A stretch of 64,000 bases of DNA. Source: Minisyncoccota bacterium. Lineage in GTDB: Bacteria > Patescibacteriota > Minisyncoccia > Phycocordibacterales > CALRHW01. Below are positions 1-8,732 of the stretch, one piece after another; the first letter of the stretch is position 1, and each line of letters begins with the position of its first letter. The notes below the pieces were generated by a model. That model did not search any database and was not told the origin of the DNA. It saw nothing but the letters and a program-made list of their open reading frames with translations. Made by a program: the position numbers and the translations under genes. The DNA is taken from NCBI GenBank assembly GCA_046350795.1, contig JAXLZT010000001.1, forward strand, positions 484,705 through 548,704. The letters run 5' to 3'.

Positions 1-1
1 G

Positions 2-361
2 TATATATCAGAACCAGAAGCATTTAATCCAGTAAACATTACGGGACTTATTGGTAGCTTTAGACAGTATAGCTCACCACATCTTAATGGTTTTAAGCTT
101 GGCAAATGTACAAGTTTTGATTATCCTTGGCAGGATTTTCGTGGTACTCGTACAACTCATTTTCAGAAGAAGTTTCTTAGTGCATATAAACAGCGCTCAT
201 ATTTTCAAGCGCCATATAAACACTTGGGTTGTGATCCTTATATTCTAAATACAGAAGAGCTCGCAACGATATATCATTTCCCTGGAAGCGTCGCAACCAC
301 ACCTACTATTCAAAAGACAATGTCAAAGAAGGGCGAAGCGCCACCAAATCTTCCTATTTAA
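2..361 (+). CDS. hypothetical protein, C-terminal 119 codons (5-prime end outside window)
   Basis: The reading frame is open from position 2 to a TAA at 359-361. It is not in the ORF track because no start codon lies inside the window. I recognise no family. Confidence 0.3.
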   Translation, partial: YISEPEAFNPVNITGLIGSFRQYSSPHLNGFKLGKCTSFDYPWQDFRGTRTTHFQKKFLSAYKQRSYFQAPYKHLGCDPYILNTEELATIYHFPGSVATTPTIQKTMSKKGEAPPNLPI

Positions 362-379
362 TTTTTACAGTCTTAGATT

Positions 380-1354
380 ATGAATCAAAATCGCTTTTTT
401 ACTTTTTTGGAAAATAATAGGATTTTTAGTAGCATTTTGCTTTCTGTTGTTGTAATAGGAACATTGTGTACGCATCTTTTTTTCTGGACCGCCCCATTTT
501 CTTTTTCATCTCAGTCTGTCTTCATTATAGAAAAGGGAACTTCTATCTCTGTTGTAGCAAAAGACCTTGCGGAAAAAAATATTATTCGTTCACCACTGTT
601 TTTTAAGATCATGGTGGTACTCATTGGGCGTGGAAATGGTGTAAAAGCGGGTGATTATTTTTTTACAAAACCTCAGAATATATATGAAGTCGCTAGCCGT
701 CTCATAAAAGCTGAGTATGGTTTTGAGCCAGTAAAGGTTACTATCCCCGAAGGTTCAAACATTTTTCAAATATCGTCTATCTTAGAAAAAAAATTAATAA
801 ATTTTGATTCCAGTATTTTTTTAAGTAAAGCAAAAGAAGGATATGTTTTTCCAGATACTTATTCGCTTTTGCCAAATATGAATGCAGAAGAGGTGCTCGC
901 TGTTATGGAGAAAAATTTTTTTGATAAGACCAAAGATTTAAAAGAAGAAATAAAAAATTCTGGTAAGACTCTTGATGAAATAATAACGATGGCATCTATT
1001 TTAGAAGAAGAAGCGCGTGTGACTGAGACCCGTGAGATACTTTCCGGAATTTTGTGGAAAAGAATAGAAATGGGTATGCCTTTACAGGTAGATGTAACAT
1101 TTCAATACGTCAATGGAAAAAACACTTATCAACTATCAAAAGATGATTTAGATATTGATTCACCATACAATACCTATAAATACGCAGGACTTCCGCCTAC
1201 ACCTATATCAAATCCTGGTTTGGATTCTATAAAATCAGCTTTAAATCCAAAAGAAACACCGTATCTATATTTTCTTTCTGATCGCAACGGTGTGATGTAT
1301 TATGGAAAGAACTTTGAAGAGCATAAGAGAAACAGAGCTTTGTATTTAAATTAA
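380..1354 (+). CDS. mltG: endolytic murein transglycosylase MltG (YceG-like)
   Basis: N-terminal transmembrane anchor, YceG-like domain layout and the C-terminal conserved region (GLPPTPISNPG). Confidence 0.8.
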   Translation: MNQNRFFTFLENNRIFSSILLSVVVIGTLCTHLFFWTAPFSFSSQSVFIIEKGTSISVVAKDLAEKNIIRSPLFFKIMVVLIGRGNGVKAGDYFFTKPQNIYEVASRLIKAEYGFEPVKVTIPEGSNIFQISSILEKKLINFDSSIFLSKAKEGYVFPDTYSLLPNMNAEEVLAVMEKNFFDKTKDLKEEIKNSGKTLDEIITMASILEEEARVTETREILSGILWKRIEMGMPLQVDVTFQYVNGKNTYQLSKDDLDIDSPYNTYKYAGLPPTPISNPGLDSIKSALNPKETPYLYFLSDRNGVMYYGKNFEEHKRNRALYLN

Positions 1355-1372
1355 TCAGATAATCAGAACAAA

Positions 1373-2200
1373 ATGAAATCAGTCACAATCAAAAAATCAA
1401 ATGGTAGCATGGAAGTTTTTGAAAGAGCAAAACTAGAGAATTCTTTATTAAAATCTGGCGCTACAACACACAACACTGATTTGATTGTGCGCCATATAGA
1501 GGAGGAGTTGCATGATGGTATGAGTACTACTCAGATATATACACACGCTTTTAATTTACTTAAAAAATTTGAGAAACCTACCGCTATCAGATATTCGCTT
1601 AAAAGAGCGATAATGGATTTGGGTCCAAGCGGTTTTCCTTTCGAAGATTTTATAGCAGAAATTTTTAAAAGTAAGGGATATACAGCACTCACTGGTCAGC
1701 ACGTGCAAGGTAATTGTGTAGAGCATGAAGTAGACGTGGTCGCTTACAATGAAAACAAGCTCATCATGTGTGAAGCTAAATTTCACAATGAGCTTGGTAT
1801 GCGTTCTGATTTAAAAGTGGCTCTCTATGTAAAGGCTCGTTTTGATGATCTGTCTGGGAAAGAGTATACAGAATACGGCATGCCAAGAAAGCTAGATGAA
1901 GGTTGGCTCATTACAAATACAAAATTTACGGCTACAGCTCTAGATTATGGTATGTGTAATGGTCTACGTATGGTGAGTTGGAATTTTCCTGCAAAAGGCA
2001 ATTTGCAAGATATGATAGAGGATGGTGATTTACACCCGATCACATGTTTGCGTAGTTTAAAACAAAATCAGATAAAAGAGCTTATTTCTCAAAATGTGGT
2101 TTTGTGCAAAACTCTTTTGGAAAAAAAGGATTTGTTGAAAAATATGGGATTGAATGACGAGCAAATATTAGAAGTGGAAGAAGAAATTAACCTTTTATAA
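1373..2200 (+). CDS. ATP-cone domain fused to a Mrr-like PD-(D/E)xK restriction-endonuclease-fold domain
   Basis: The N-terminus resembles an ATP-cone (NrdR-like). The central region carries D-x12-E-A-K (VDVVAYNENKLIMCEAKFH), the classic nuclease core. Confidence 0.55.
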   Translation: MKSVTIKKSNGSMEVFERAKLENSLLKSGATTHNTDLIVRHIEEELHDGMSTTQIYTHAFNLLKKFEKPTAIRYSLKRAIMDLGPSGFPFEDFIAEIFKSKGYTALTGQHVQGNCVEHEVDVVAYNENKLIMCEAKFHNELGMRSDLKVALYVKARFDDLSGKEYTEYGMPRKLDEGWLITNTKFTATALDYGMCNGLRMVSWNFPAKGNLQDMIEDGDLHPITCLRSLKQNQIKELISQNVVLCKTLLEKKDLLKNMGLNDEQILEVEEEINLL

Positions 2201-2202
2201 AA

Positions 2203-2991
2203 ATGTCAGATTATTATCCAGTAAAGAAAAAAAGAAATTCTGCTTGGAATTATGGCGGAGAAAAATGGAAACTAAGTCGTTCCAAGATAGATTTGTTTTC
2301 TGAATGCCCACGTTGTTTTTATTTGGACAACAAGCTCGGTATTATTCGTCCAAAATTTCCAGCTTTTACCCTAAACGTTGCGGTGGATGGATTGTTAAAA
2401 AAAGAGTTTGATATCCATCGAGCAAAAAAGACATCTCATCCTCTCATGGATACATATGGTATAGACGCTGTGCCTTTTTCTCATAAAGACGTAGACACTT
2501 GGCGAGAAAACTTTGAGGGTGTGCAATTTTTGCATAAACCCACAGGACTTTTGGTATCTGGCGCAATAGACGACGTGTGGGTAAATAAAGAAGGCGAACT
2601 TTTAGTAGTTGATTATAAAGCTACAGCCAAAGACGGGGCCATAGATGATCTCGATGATACAAAATGGCATGATCAATATCGTAGGCAGATGGAAGTGTAT
2701 CAATGGTTGCTTCGACAAAACGGATTTAAAGTATCAAATACTGGATATTTTGTTTATGTAAATGGAAAAAAAGACAAAGAATCTTTTGATGGCAAGCTAG
2801 AATTTGATGTAACAATCATACCTTATACCGGTTCAGACAATTGGATTGAAAAGAAGCTTGAAGATATTAAAAAATGCCTAGAATCAAAAAATATTCCAAA
2901 GTCAGGTGAGGGTTGTGAGTATTGCGCTTATATAGATTTGATAGAAAAAGAGACAAAGGATACAAAAGATACAAAAGGAACATTGTTTTAG
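2203..2991 (+). CDS. PD-(D/E)xK family nuclease with two Cys pairs (Cas4/RecB-like)
   Basis: D..DYK...EVYQ core motifs. An N-terminal CPRC and a C-terminal CEYC give four Cys, typical of an Fe-S cluster nuclease. Confidence 0.55.
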   Translation: MSDYYPVKKKRNSAWNYGGEKWKLSRSKIDLFSECPRCFYLDNKLGIIRPKFPAFTLNVAVDGLLKKEFDIHRAKKTSHPLMDTYGIDAVPFSHKDVDTWRENFEGVQFLHKPTGLLVSGAIDDVWVNKEGELLVVDYKATAKDGAIDDLDDTKWHDQYRRQMEVYQWLLRQNGFKVSNTGYFVYVNGKKDKESFDGKLEFDVTIIPYTGSDNWIEKKLEDIKKCLESKNIPKSGEGCEYCAYIDLIEKETKDTKDTKGTLF

Positions 2992-3012
2992 TTGTCATGC
3001 TAGAATTGGCTA

Positions 3013-3264
3013 ATGAAATTTAAAGACAGGGTTCTTTTGGTTGTAGCAAAAATACCAAAGGGGAAAGTGCTCACGTATAAAGAAGTAGCACAAAAAGCTG
3101 GCAATACAAAAGCTAGTCGTGCTGTGGGCAATATTTTAAATAAAAATTATAATCCCAAGATACCATGTCATAGGGTCGTGCGCTCCGATGGAAAAATAGG
3201 TGGCTACAATAGGGGTCGCGCAGAAAAAATCAGAAAATTAAAGTCAGAAGGAGTAAAAATTTAA
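3013..3264 (+). CDS. methylated-DNA-protein-cysteine methyltransferase, DNA-binding/C-terminal domain protein
   Basis: The PCHRVV active-site cysteine motif in a stand-alone 83-aa domain. Confidence 0.75.
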   Translation: MKFKDRVLLVVAKIPKGKVLTYKEVAQKAGNTKASRAVGNILNKNYNPKIPCHRVVRSDGKIGGYNRGRAEKIRKLKSEGVKI

Positions 3265-3271
3265 TCTTGTC

Positions 3272-3895
3272 ATGTCTAAAAAGATATCAGAAAAAGAAAT
3301 AAATGATAGAAAAGAAAAGCTGAAAGAAATTCGTGATGAAGTGATCAATTTTACAGTGTCTGATCTCTGTAAAGAAAGAATAAAAAATAAAACTTTCCCA
3401 GTACTTGGAGAGGGTAGTCATTTTGCTGATATTGTGTTTATCGGAGAAGCTCCAGGGAAAAATGAATCAATGACAGGTAGGCCTTTTGTAGGTGCTTCGG
3501 GAAAAGTCTTGGATGAACTTTTACTTTCTGCTGGTATTCCTCGCGAAGACGTATATATTACAAATATAGTAAAAGACAGACCGCCACAAAATCGCGATCC
3601 TCTGCCAGAAGAAATAGAAATGTATGCACCCTTTTTAGATAGGCAGATAGAAATAATTCAGCCAAAAGTTATAGCCACTCTCGGACGTTTTGCAATGATG
3701 TATATTATGAAAAGATATGGGTTGGAATCTAAATTAGATCTAATTTCTAATATTCATGGCAAGATATTTGAAGCAAAAACCCCTTATGGTAAAGTGAAAA
3801 TGGTTCCTTTGTATCATCCGGCCGTGGCGGTATACAACAACAAGACAAAGGATTCCTTAAAAGAAGATTTTCAGACACTAAAACAATTTATATGA
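3272..3895 (+). CDS. uracil-DNA glycosylase, family 4
   Basis: GEAPG...RPFVGASGKVL motif block typical of family 4 UDG. Confidence 0.8.
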   Translation: MSKKISEKEINDRKEKLKEIRDEVINFTVSDLCKERIKNKTFPVLGEGSHFADIVFIGEAPGKNESMTGRPFVGASGKVLDELLLSAGIPREDVYITNIVKDRPPQNRDPLPEEIEMYAPFLDRQIEIIQPKVIATLGRFAMMYIMKRYGLESKLDLISNIHGKIFEAKTPYGKVKMVPLYHPAVAVYNNKTKDSLKEDFQTLKQFI

Positions 3896-5664
3896 CAAAC
3901 CAATACAAGACAGAGTGGAATTTGAAGCAATTTTATTCATCTATAGATGATCCTAAAATAGAGAAAGATATAAAAAAGCTAGAGAAAAAATACAGTGATT
4001 TTGAAAAGAAATATAAAGACAAAACTGACTATTTAAAGAATCCAAAGAAACTTTTAGTTGCTCTGAAGGAGTTTGAGGGGTTAAATTCTGAGCCTTTTTA
4101 TCCTTCTCTTTATACTTTTTTGTCTTCTGATTTAAATAGCGCTGACGAAAAAGTGCAGGCTTTTTCAAACGCTCTGTCTATGCGTTTGGCTAAAGTTGAT
4201 AACAAGGTTTTATTTTTCCCTCTGGCTGTAAGTAAAATACCAAAGCCTTTTCAAAAAAAGATTTTGGCAGATAAAAGATTTTCTTATTTTAAATATAATT
4301 TGAAGCTGTCTTTTGATAGTGCAAAATACGACCTTACTTTGCCGGAAGAAAAAATATTAAATCTAAAATCACTACCAGCTCACAGTCTGTGGGTTCAAGG
4401 TGTTGAAAAAAGTCTAAATGACAAGACTGTTGAATTTAATGGAAAGACGATTCCTCTTTCAGAAGCGTCCGTAAAAGTGCATACATTAAAGACTCAAGAA
4501 AGATATGAGTTGCATAAAAAAATACTAGAAAAGATAAAAGAAGTCGCTGATTTTAGTACTTCTGAGATCAATTCTGTTTATATAAATAAAAAAATAAATG
4601 ATGAGCTCAGGGGGTATAGTAAGCCATATTCAGCGACCCTACTTTCTCATCAAATATCAGAAAAGACACTCTCCCAGCTAAGAGAATCTGTAAAAAAATG
4701 GCAAAAAGTAAGTCATGATTTTTTTGGTATCAAAGCAAAGCTTTTAAAGCTTGATTTTCTTCAATATCCAGATAGGGCTATAAGCATAGAAGAAAATAAA
4801 AAGAAAATTTCTTTTGATGAGGCTTTAAATATACTTCTTACTTCCTTTGAAAAATTTGGTCCTTGGTATAAAGAAAAATTAGTTTCTTTTCTTGAAAATG
4901 GACAGGTAGATGTTTTTCCTAAATTTGGCAAAACAAGTGGTGCTTATTGTTTGGGTGGCAACAATCAACCGACTTTTATCTTGCTAAATCATATAGATAA
5001 TTTTGAATCAGTAATGACTTTTGGTCATGAAATGGGACACGCTTTTCATACTGAGTTAAGCAAGAAACAAGGCCCATCTTATCAAGGTTATTCTACAGCT
5101 GTGGCAGAAGTGGCGAGTACTTTTTTTGAAAATATAGTTTTTGAGGAAAGTCTTAAAAACTTAACAAAAAAAGAACAGATTTTCGCTTTGCATGACAAGA
5201 TAAGTGACGATATCCAAACAATCTTTAGGCAAATGGCTTGCTTTGAGTTTGAGCTGGAGCTTCACGATACTATTCGTGCAAAAGGTGCCGTAAGCAAAGA
5301 AGAAATATCTGCAATGATGAACAAGCATATGCGATCATATCTTGGACCGGTATTTAAGCTTACTCCAGATGATGGATATTTCTTTATTATTTGGTCTCAT
5401 ATCAGAAGATTTTTCTATGTTTATTCTTATGCATATGGACAAATAGTGAGTAAGGCTCTATACAAAAAATATTGCGAAGACAAAAATTTTTCAAAAAAGA
5501 TAGAGCAGTTTTTGAGCGCTGGATCAAGCAAAAGTCCAGAGCAAATATTTAAAGATATAGGTATAGATACCACAAAAAGTGATTTCTTTGAGGTTGGTTT
5601 GAAAAGTATAGGAGAAGATATAAAGAGACTTGAAACATTAGCGAAGGAAGAAAAATTGATATAA
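3892..5664 (+). CDS. pepF: oligoendopeptidase F (M3 family metallopeptidase)
   Basis: HEMGH zinc motif, about 590 aa with M3B layout, and a 4-nt overlap with the upstream gene. Confidence 0.8.
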   Translation: MTNQYKTEWNLKQFYSSIDDPKIEKDIKKLEKKYSDFEKKYKDKTDYLKNPKKLLVALKEFEGLNSEPFYPSLYTFLSSDLNSADEKVQAFSNALSMRLAKVDNKVLFFPLAVSKIPKPFQKKILADKRFSYFKYNLKLSFDSAKYDLTLPEEKILNLKSLPAHSLWVQGVEKSLNDKTVEFNGKTIPLSEASVKVHTLKTQERYELHKKILEKIKEVADFSTSEINSVYINKKINDELRGYSKPYSATLLSHQISEKTLSQLRESVKKWQKVSHDFFGIKAKLLKLDFLQYPDRAISIEENKKKISFDEALNILLTSFEKFGPWYKEKLVSFLENGQVDVFPKFGKTSGAYCLGGNNQPTFILLNHIDNFESVMTFGHEMGHAFHTELSKKQGPSYQGYSTAVAEVASTFFENIVFEESLKNLTKKEQIFALHDKISDDIQTIFRQMACFEFELELHDTIRAKGAVSKEEISAMMNKHMRSYLGPVFKLTPDDGYFFIIWSHIRRFFYVYSYAYGQIVSKALYKKYCEDKNFSKKIEQFLSAGSSKSPEQIFKDIGIDTTKSDFFEVGLKSIGEDIKRLETLAKEEKLI

Positions 5665-5665
5665 T
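5657..5665 (+). promoter_or_regulatory. extended -10 promoter element (TGaTATAAT) for alaS, giving a leaderless or near-leaderless transcript
   Basis: TG-n-TATAAT ends 9 nt before the alaS ATG, and no Shine-Dalgarno is present. It lies within the 3-prime end of pepF. Confidence 0.4.
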
Positions 5666-5674
5666 ATTGCTTAT

Positions 5675-7489
5675 ATGAATTCACAGGAAATAAGGCAGAA
5701 ATTTCTAGAGTTTTTTAAAAGTTTGCCCGGAAAAGAGCATGTTGTTTTGCCGTCTGCTTCTCTCGTGACGTCTGATGAAAAGGGCACCACAGACAACACC
5801 CTTTTCAATACTGCTGGCATGCAGCCACTTATCCCTTATCTTCTCGGCGAAAAGCATCCGGACGGCACTCGCTTGGCAAGTGTGCAAAAATGCCTACGTA
5901 CTACAGACATGGATGATATTGGTGACAACACCCACGCTACTTTTTTTGAAATGCTCGGCAACTGGTCACTCGGAGATTATTGGAAAAAAGAGGCGATAGA
6001 GTGGAGCTATAAATTTTTGACTTCTAAAGAAAATGGGCTCGGCCTTGATCCTGAGCGTCTATACGTAACGGTCTTTGCTGGTAACGAGAATTCTCCTCAA
6101 GATACAGAATCAGCAGAAATATGGAAAAAAGTAGGTGTGCCTGAGCATAGGATATTTTACAAAGATGCTGCTTCAAATTGGTGGCCTGCTGTAAAACCTG
6201 AAAAAAAGGATGGTTGGACTGGTCCGACTGGTCCATGCTCTGAGATGTTTTATGACATTACAAAAGATGGTGTCGGTGAAATAAAAAATGTTGAAGAGTT
6301 TCAGAAAGCAGAAGATCAGCAAAAACTTGTAGAGATCTGGAATGACGTTTTCATGGAGTTTGAGAAAAAAGACGGGGAGATAGTCGGAAATCTTGTACAA
6401 AAAAATGTGGATACTGGCGCGGGTCTAGAGAGACTTTGTATGGTTATACAAGGTATAAACAATATTTTTGAAACAGATCTATTTAAAGATTTGATAAGTT
6501 TGACCTCAGAGCTGACTACTGACGTAAAAGCGCAGAGAATAATAGCAGATCATATACGTACGTCTGTCTTTTTGATTGCTGATGGTGTAGTACCATCAAA
6601 CACAGACAGAGGATATATACTACGCCGACTTCTTCGTCGCGCCATTTTTTATGCAAACAAAAAGGATTTATCTCCAGAAGAAGTGCGTGTCTTGGTGCAA
6701 AGTGTCGCTCACAAATACAGAGAAAATTATCCCGATGTGCATCACAAAGTTGGCATTATAGAGCAAGTGATAAATGATGAGGTGGTGAAATTTAAAAAAA
6801 CCCTTGCGGATGGAGTGAAGCAATTTGGAAAGATAGCTGCCGGTACACACATTATTTCTGGCAAAGATGCTTTCATACTATTTTCTACATACGGTTTCCC
6901 TATAGACATGACTGTAGAGCTTGCTAAAGAAAGTGGTGTAGGAGTAGATAGGACTGCATTTGAAGAAGAATTTAAAAACCACCAAGCCCTATCTCGTGCA
7001 GGTGCAGAGCAAAAGTTTAAAGGAGGACTAGCTGATACGAGTGAGGTGTCTTTGCGATATCATACAGCCACACATTTACTACATCAGGCACTTCATGATG
7101 TGCTAGGAGATCATGTAGAGCAAAAGGGCTCAAATATTACTTCTGAGCGACTGCGTTTTGATTTTGCGCATCCACAAAAAATGACAGACGAAGAAAAAAA
7201 GCGTGTCGAAGATATAGTAAATGAAAAAATCAGCGCGGGACTACCAATGCAGTCAGTCATACTTCCAAAAGAAAAAGCACTTGCCACTGGTGCACGACAT
7301 TTTTTCAATGAAAAATACGGCGATGAGGTGAGTATTTATTTTATCGGCGAATCACTCGACACAGCATATTCAAAAGAATTTTGTGGTGGACCCCATGTAA
7401 AAAATACTAGCGAGCTGGGTCACTTTAAAATCGCAAAAGAAGAAGCAGTGTCTGCAGGTGTGCGTAGAATAAAAGCTATTTTAGAATAA
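5675..7489 (+). CDS. alaS: alanine--tRNA ligase, catalytic plus editing domains, lacking the C-terminal C-Ala domain
   Basis: N-terminal class II AlaRS motifs (FFEMLGNWS) and the HxxxH editing region are present. At 604 aa it is far shorter than the usual ~870 aa. Confidence 0.85.
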   Translation: MNSQEIRQKFLEFFKSLPGKEHVVLPSASLVTSDEKGTTDNTLFNTAGMQPLIPYLLGEKHPDGTRLASVQKCLRTTDMDDIGDNTHATFFEMLGNWSLGDYWKKEAIEWSYKFLTSKENGLGLDPERLYVTVFAGNENSPQDTESAEIWKKVGVPEHRIFYKDAASNWWPAVKPEKKDGWTGPTGPCSEMFYDITKDGVGEIKNVEEFQKAEDQQKLVEIWNDVFMEFEKKDGEIVGNLVQKNVDTGAGLERLCMVIQGINNIFETDLFKDLISLTSELTTDVKAQRIIADHIRTSVFLIADGVVPSNTDRGYILRRLLRRAIFYANKKDLSPEEVRVLVQSVAHKYRENYPDVHHKVGIIEQVINDEVVKFKKTLADGVKQFGKIAAGTHIISGKDAFILFSTYGFPIDMTVELAKESGVGVDRTAFEEEFKNHQALSRAGAEQKFKGGLADTSEVSLRYHTATHLLHQALHDVLGDHVEQKGSNITSERLRFDFAHPQKMTDEEKKRVEDIVNEKISAGLPMQSVILPKEKALATGARHFFNEKYGDEVSIYFIGESLDTAYSKEFCGGPHVKNTSELGHFKIAKEEAVSAGVRRIKAILE

Positions 7490-7516
7490 AACAAAGTAGA
7501 GTATAATAAATGCACG

Positions 7517-8710
7517 ATGGAAGAGATCAATTTGATTCTTGATGTGGGTAACGGTAGTGTTGCCGGCGCTCTGGTACTATTTAAAGAAGGCCTTGCCCCA
7601 AAAATAATTTACTCAAAGCGTCTACCGCTTTCACTTGAAAAAAAGAAAGAAACAGAAAATCTTTTCGGCTCAGTTACACGTATCTTAGAAGAAGTGGTGT
7701 CTCTGATAGCTAAAGATGGTGTGACAGAGATGCATAAGGCGGGTATATCACAAAAAAAAGTTAAGCACACCTTTTGTGTACTTTCTTCTCCTTGGTATAT
7801 TTCAAAAACTAAGATTCTTAAAATAGAAAATCGCGAGCCTATTTCTATAAATAAAAATTTTGTAGATGAACTATTACAAAAAGAACAAGAAATATTTGAA
7901 AATGAAGTTTCAGAAAAAAAATACGGTAATCTCTCAAAAAACGATATAGAAGTAATAGAGAAAAAAATAATCCAGACAAAGCTCAATGGATATCAGACTA
8001 TAGATCCATTTAAAAAGCGTGCACGGCAGATAGAGCTAGCTATATTTATGAGCGTTGCTTCAAAAAAGATTGTAAACTCTATAGAAAATATAGTCGGAAA
8101 ATATTTCTACTCAAAACATATGGGCCTTTTCTCCTACTCTTTTGTGGAGTACAACGTAGTTAGTGATATATTTTCTAATGAATCAGATTTTGTGTTTATG
8201 GACATATCTGCTGAGGTGACCGACATTTCTTCTGTGGAAAAACACGTGCTTATGGAAACAATTTCTTTTCCCGCGGGTAGGAATAATCTAATAGCAAAAG
8301 TGGCCGAAGACTTTGGTGTGCTACCAGAAATAGCTCTGTCTTTTATAAAAATGAATGCTAGTGGTCACGCAGAGCAAGAATCTTCAGAAAAAATCCATAT
8401 GGCTTGTGAAAAAGCAAAAAAAGAATGGAATGACTATTTCTTTAAATGTTTATCTGATATCGCAAAAGGGTGTACACCATCAAAAATATTCCTAACAGTA
8501 GATTCTGATGTTGCGCCACTCTTCACTTCTTTTATAAAAGAAAATCTTTCTCTTGCGCAAAAAAATACAACCGATTTTCAGCCGATACCTGTAGTGCTTT
8601 TAGATGAAGAAAAACTTTCTCAGTTTGTAGAGTTTGGTGTGGCGACAACAAGAGATCCGTTTCTAGCAATAGAGAGTGTGTTTTTCAACAAATTATTTAC
8701 AACATTGTAA
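7517..8710 (+). CDS. hypothetical protein, possible actin-like (ASKHA) ATPase fold, PilM/FtsA-like N-terminus
   Basis: The N-terminal LILDVGNGSV resembles the phosphate-1 motif of actin-like ATPases; the similarity is weak. Confidence 0.3.
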   Translation: MEEINLILDVGNGSVAGALVLFKEGLAPKIIYSKRLPLSLEKKKETENLFGSVTRILEEVVSLIAKDGVTEMHKAGISQKKVKHTFCVLSSPWYISKTKILKIENREPISINKNFVDELLQKEQEIFENEVSEKKYGNLSKNDIEVIEKKIIQTKLNGYQTIDPFKKRARQIELAIFMSVASKKIVNSIENIVGKYFYSKHMGLFSYSFVEYNVVSDIFSNESDFVFMDISAEVTDISSVEKHVLMETISFPAGRNNLIAKVAEDFGVLPEIALSFIKMNASGHAEQESSEKIHMACEKAKKEWNDYFFKCLSDIAKGCTPSKIFLTVDSDVAPLFTSFIKENLSLAQKNTTDFQPIPVVLLDEEKLSQFVEFGVATTRDPFLAIESVFFNKLFTTL

Positions 8711-8732
8711 AAATTATTTATAATTTAGAATT

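Noticed and set aside
51-248. 65-aa plus-strand ORF near the window start
   Set aside because: It lies in a different frame from the long open frame (2..361) that runs in from upstream. It is hydrophobic with no signals and likely spurious.
2952-2975. Short tandem repeat aaagatacaaaagatacaaaagg (KDTKDTKGT) at the end of the Cys4 nuclease gene
   Set aside because: It is a trivial 2.5-unit coding repeat in a low-complexity C-terminal tail. It is not a CRISPR or regulatory repeat.
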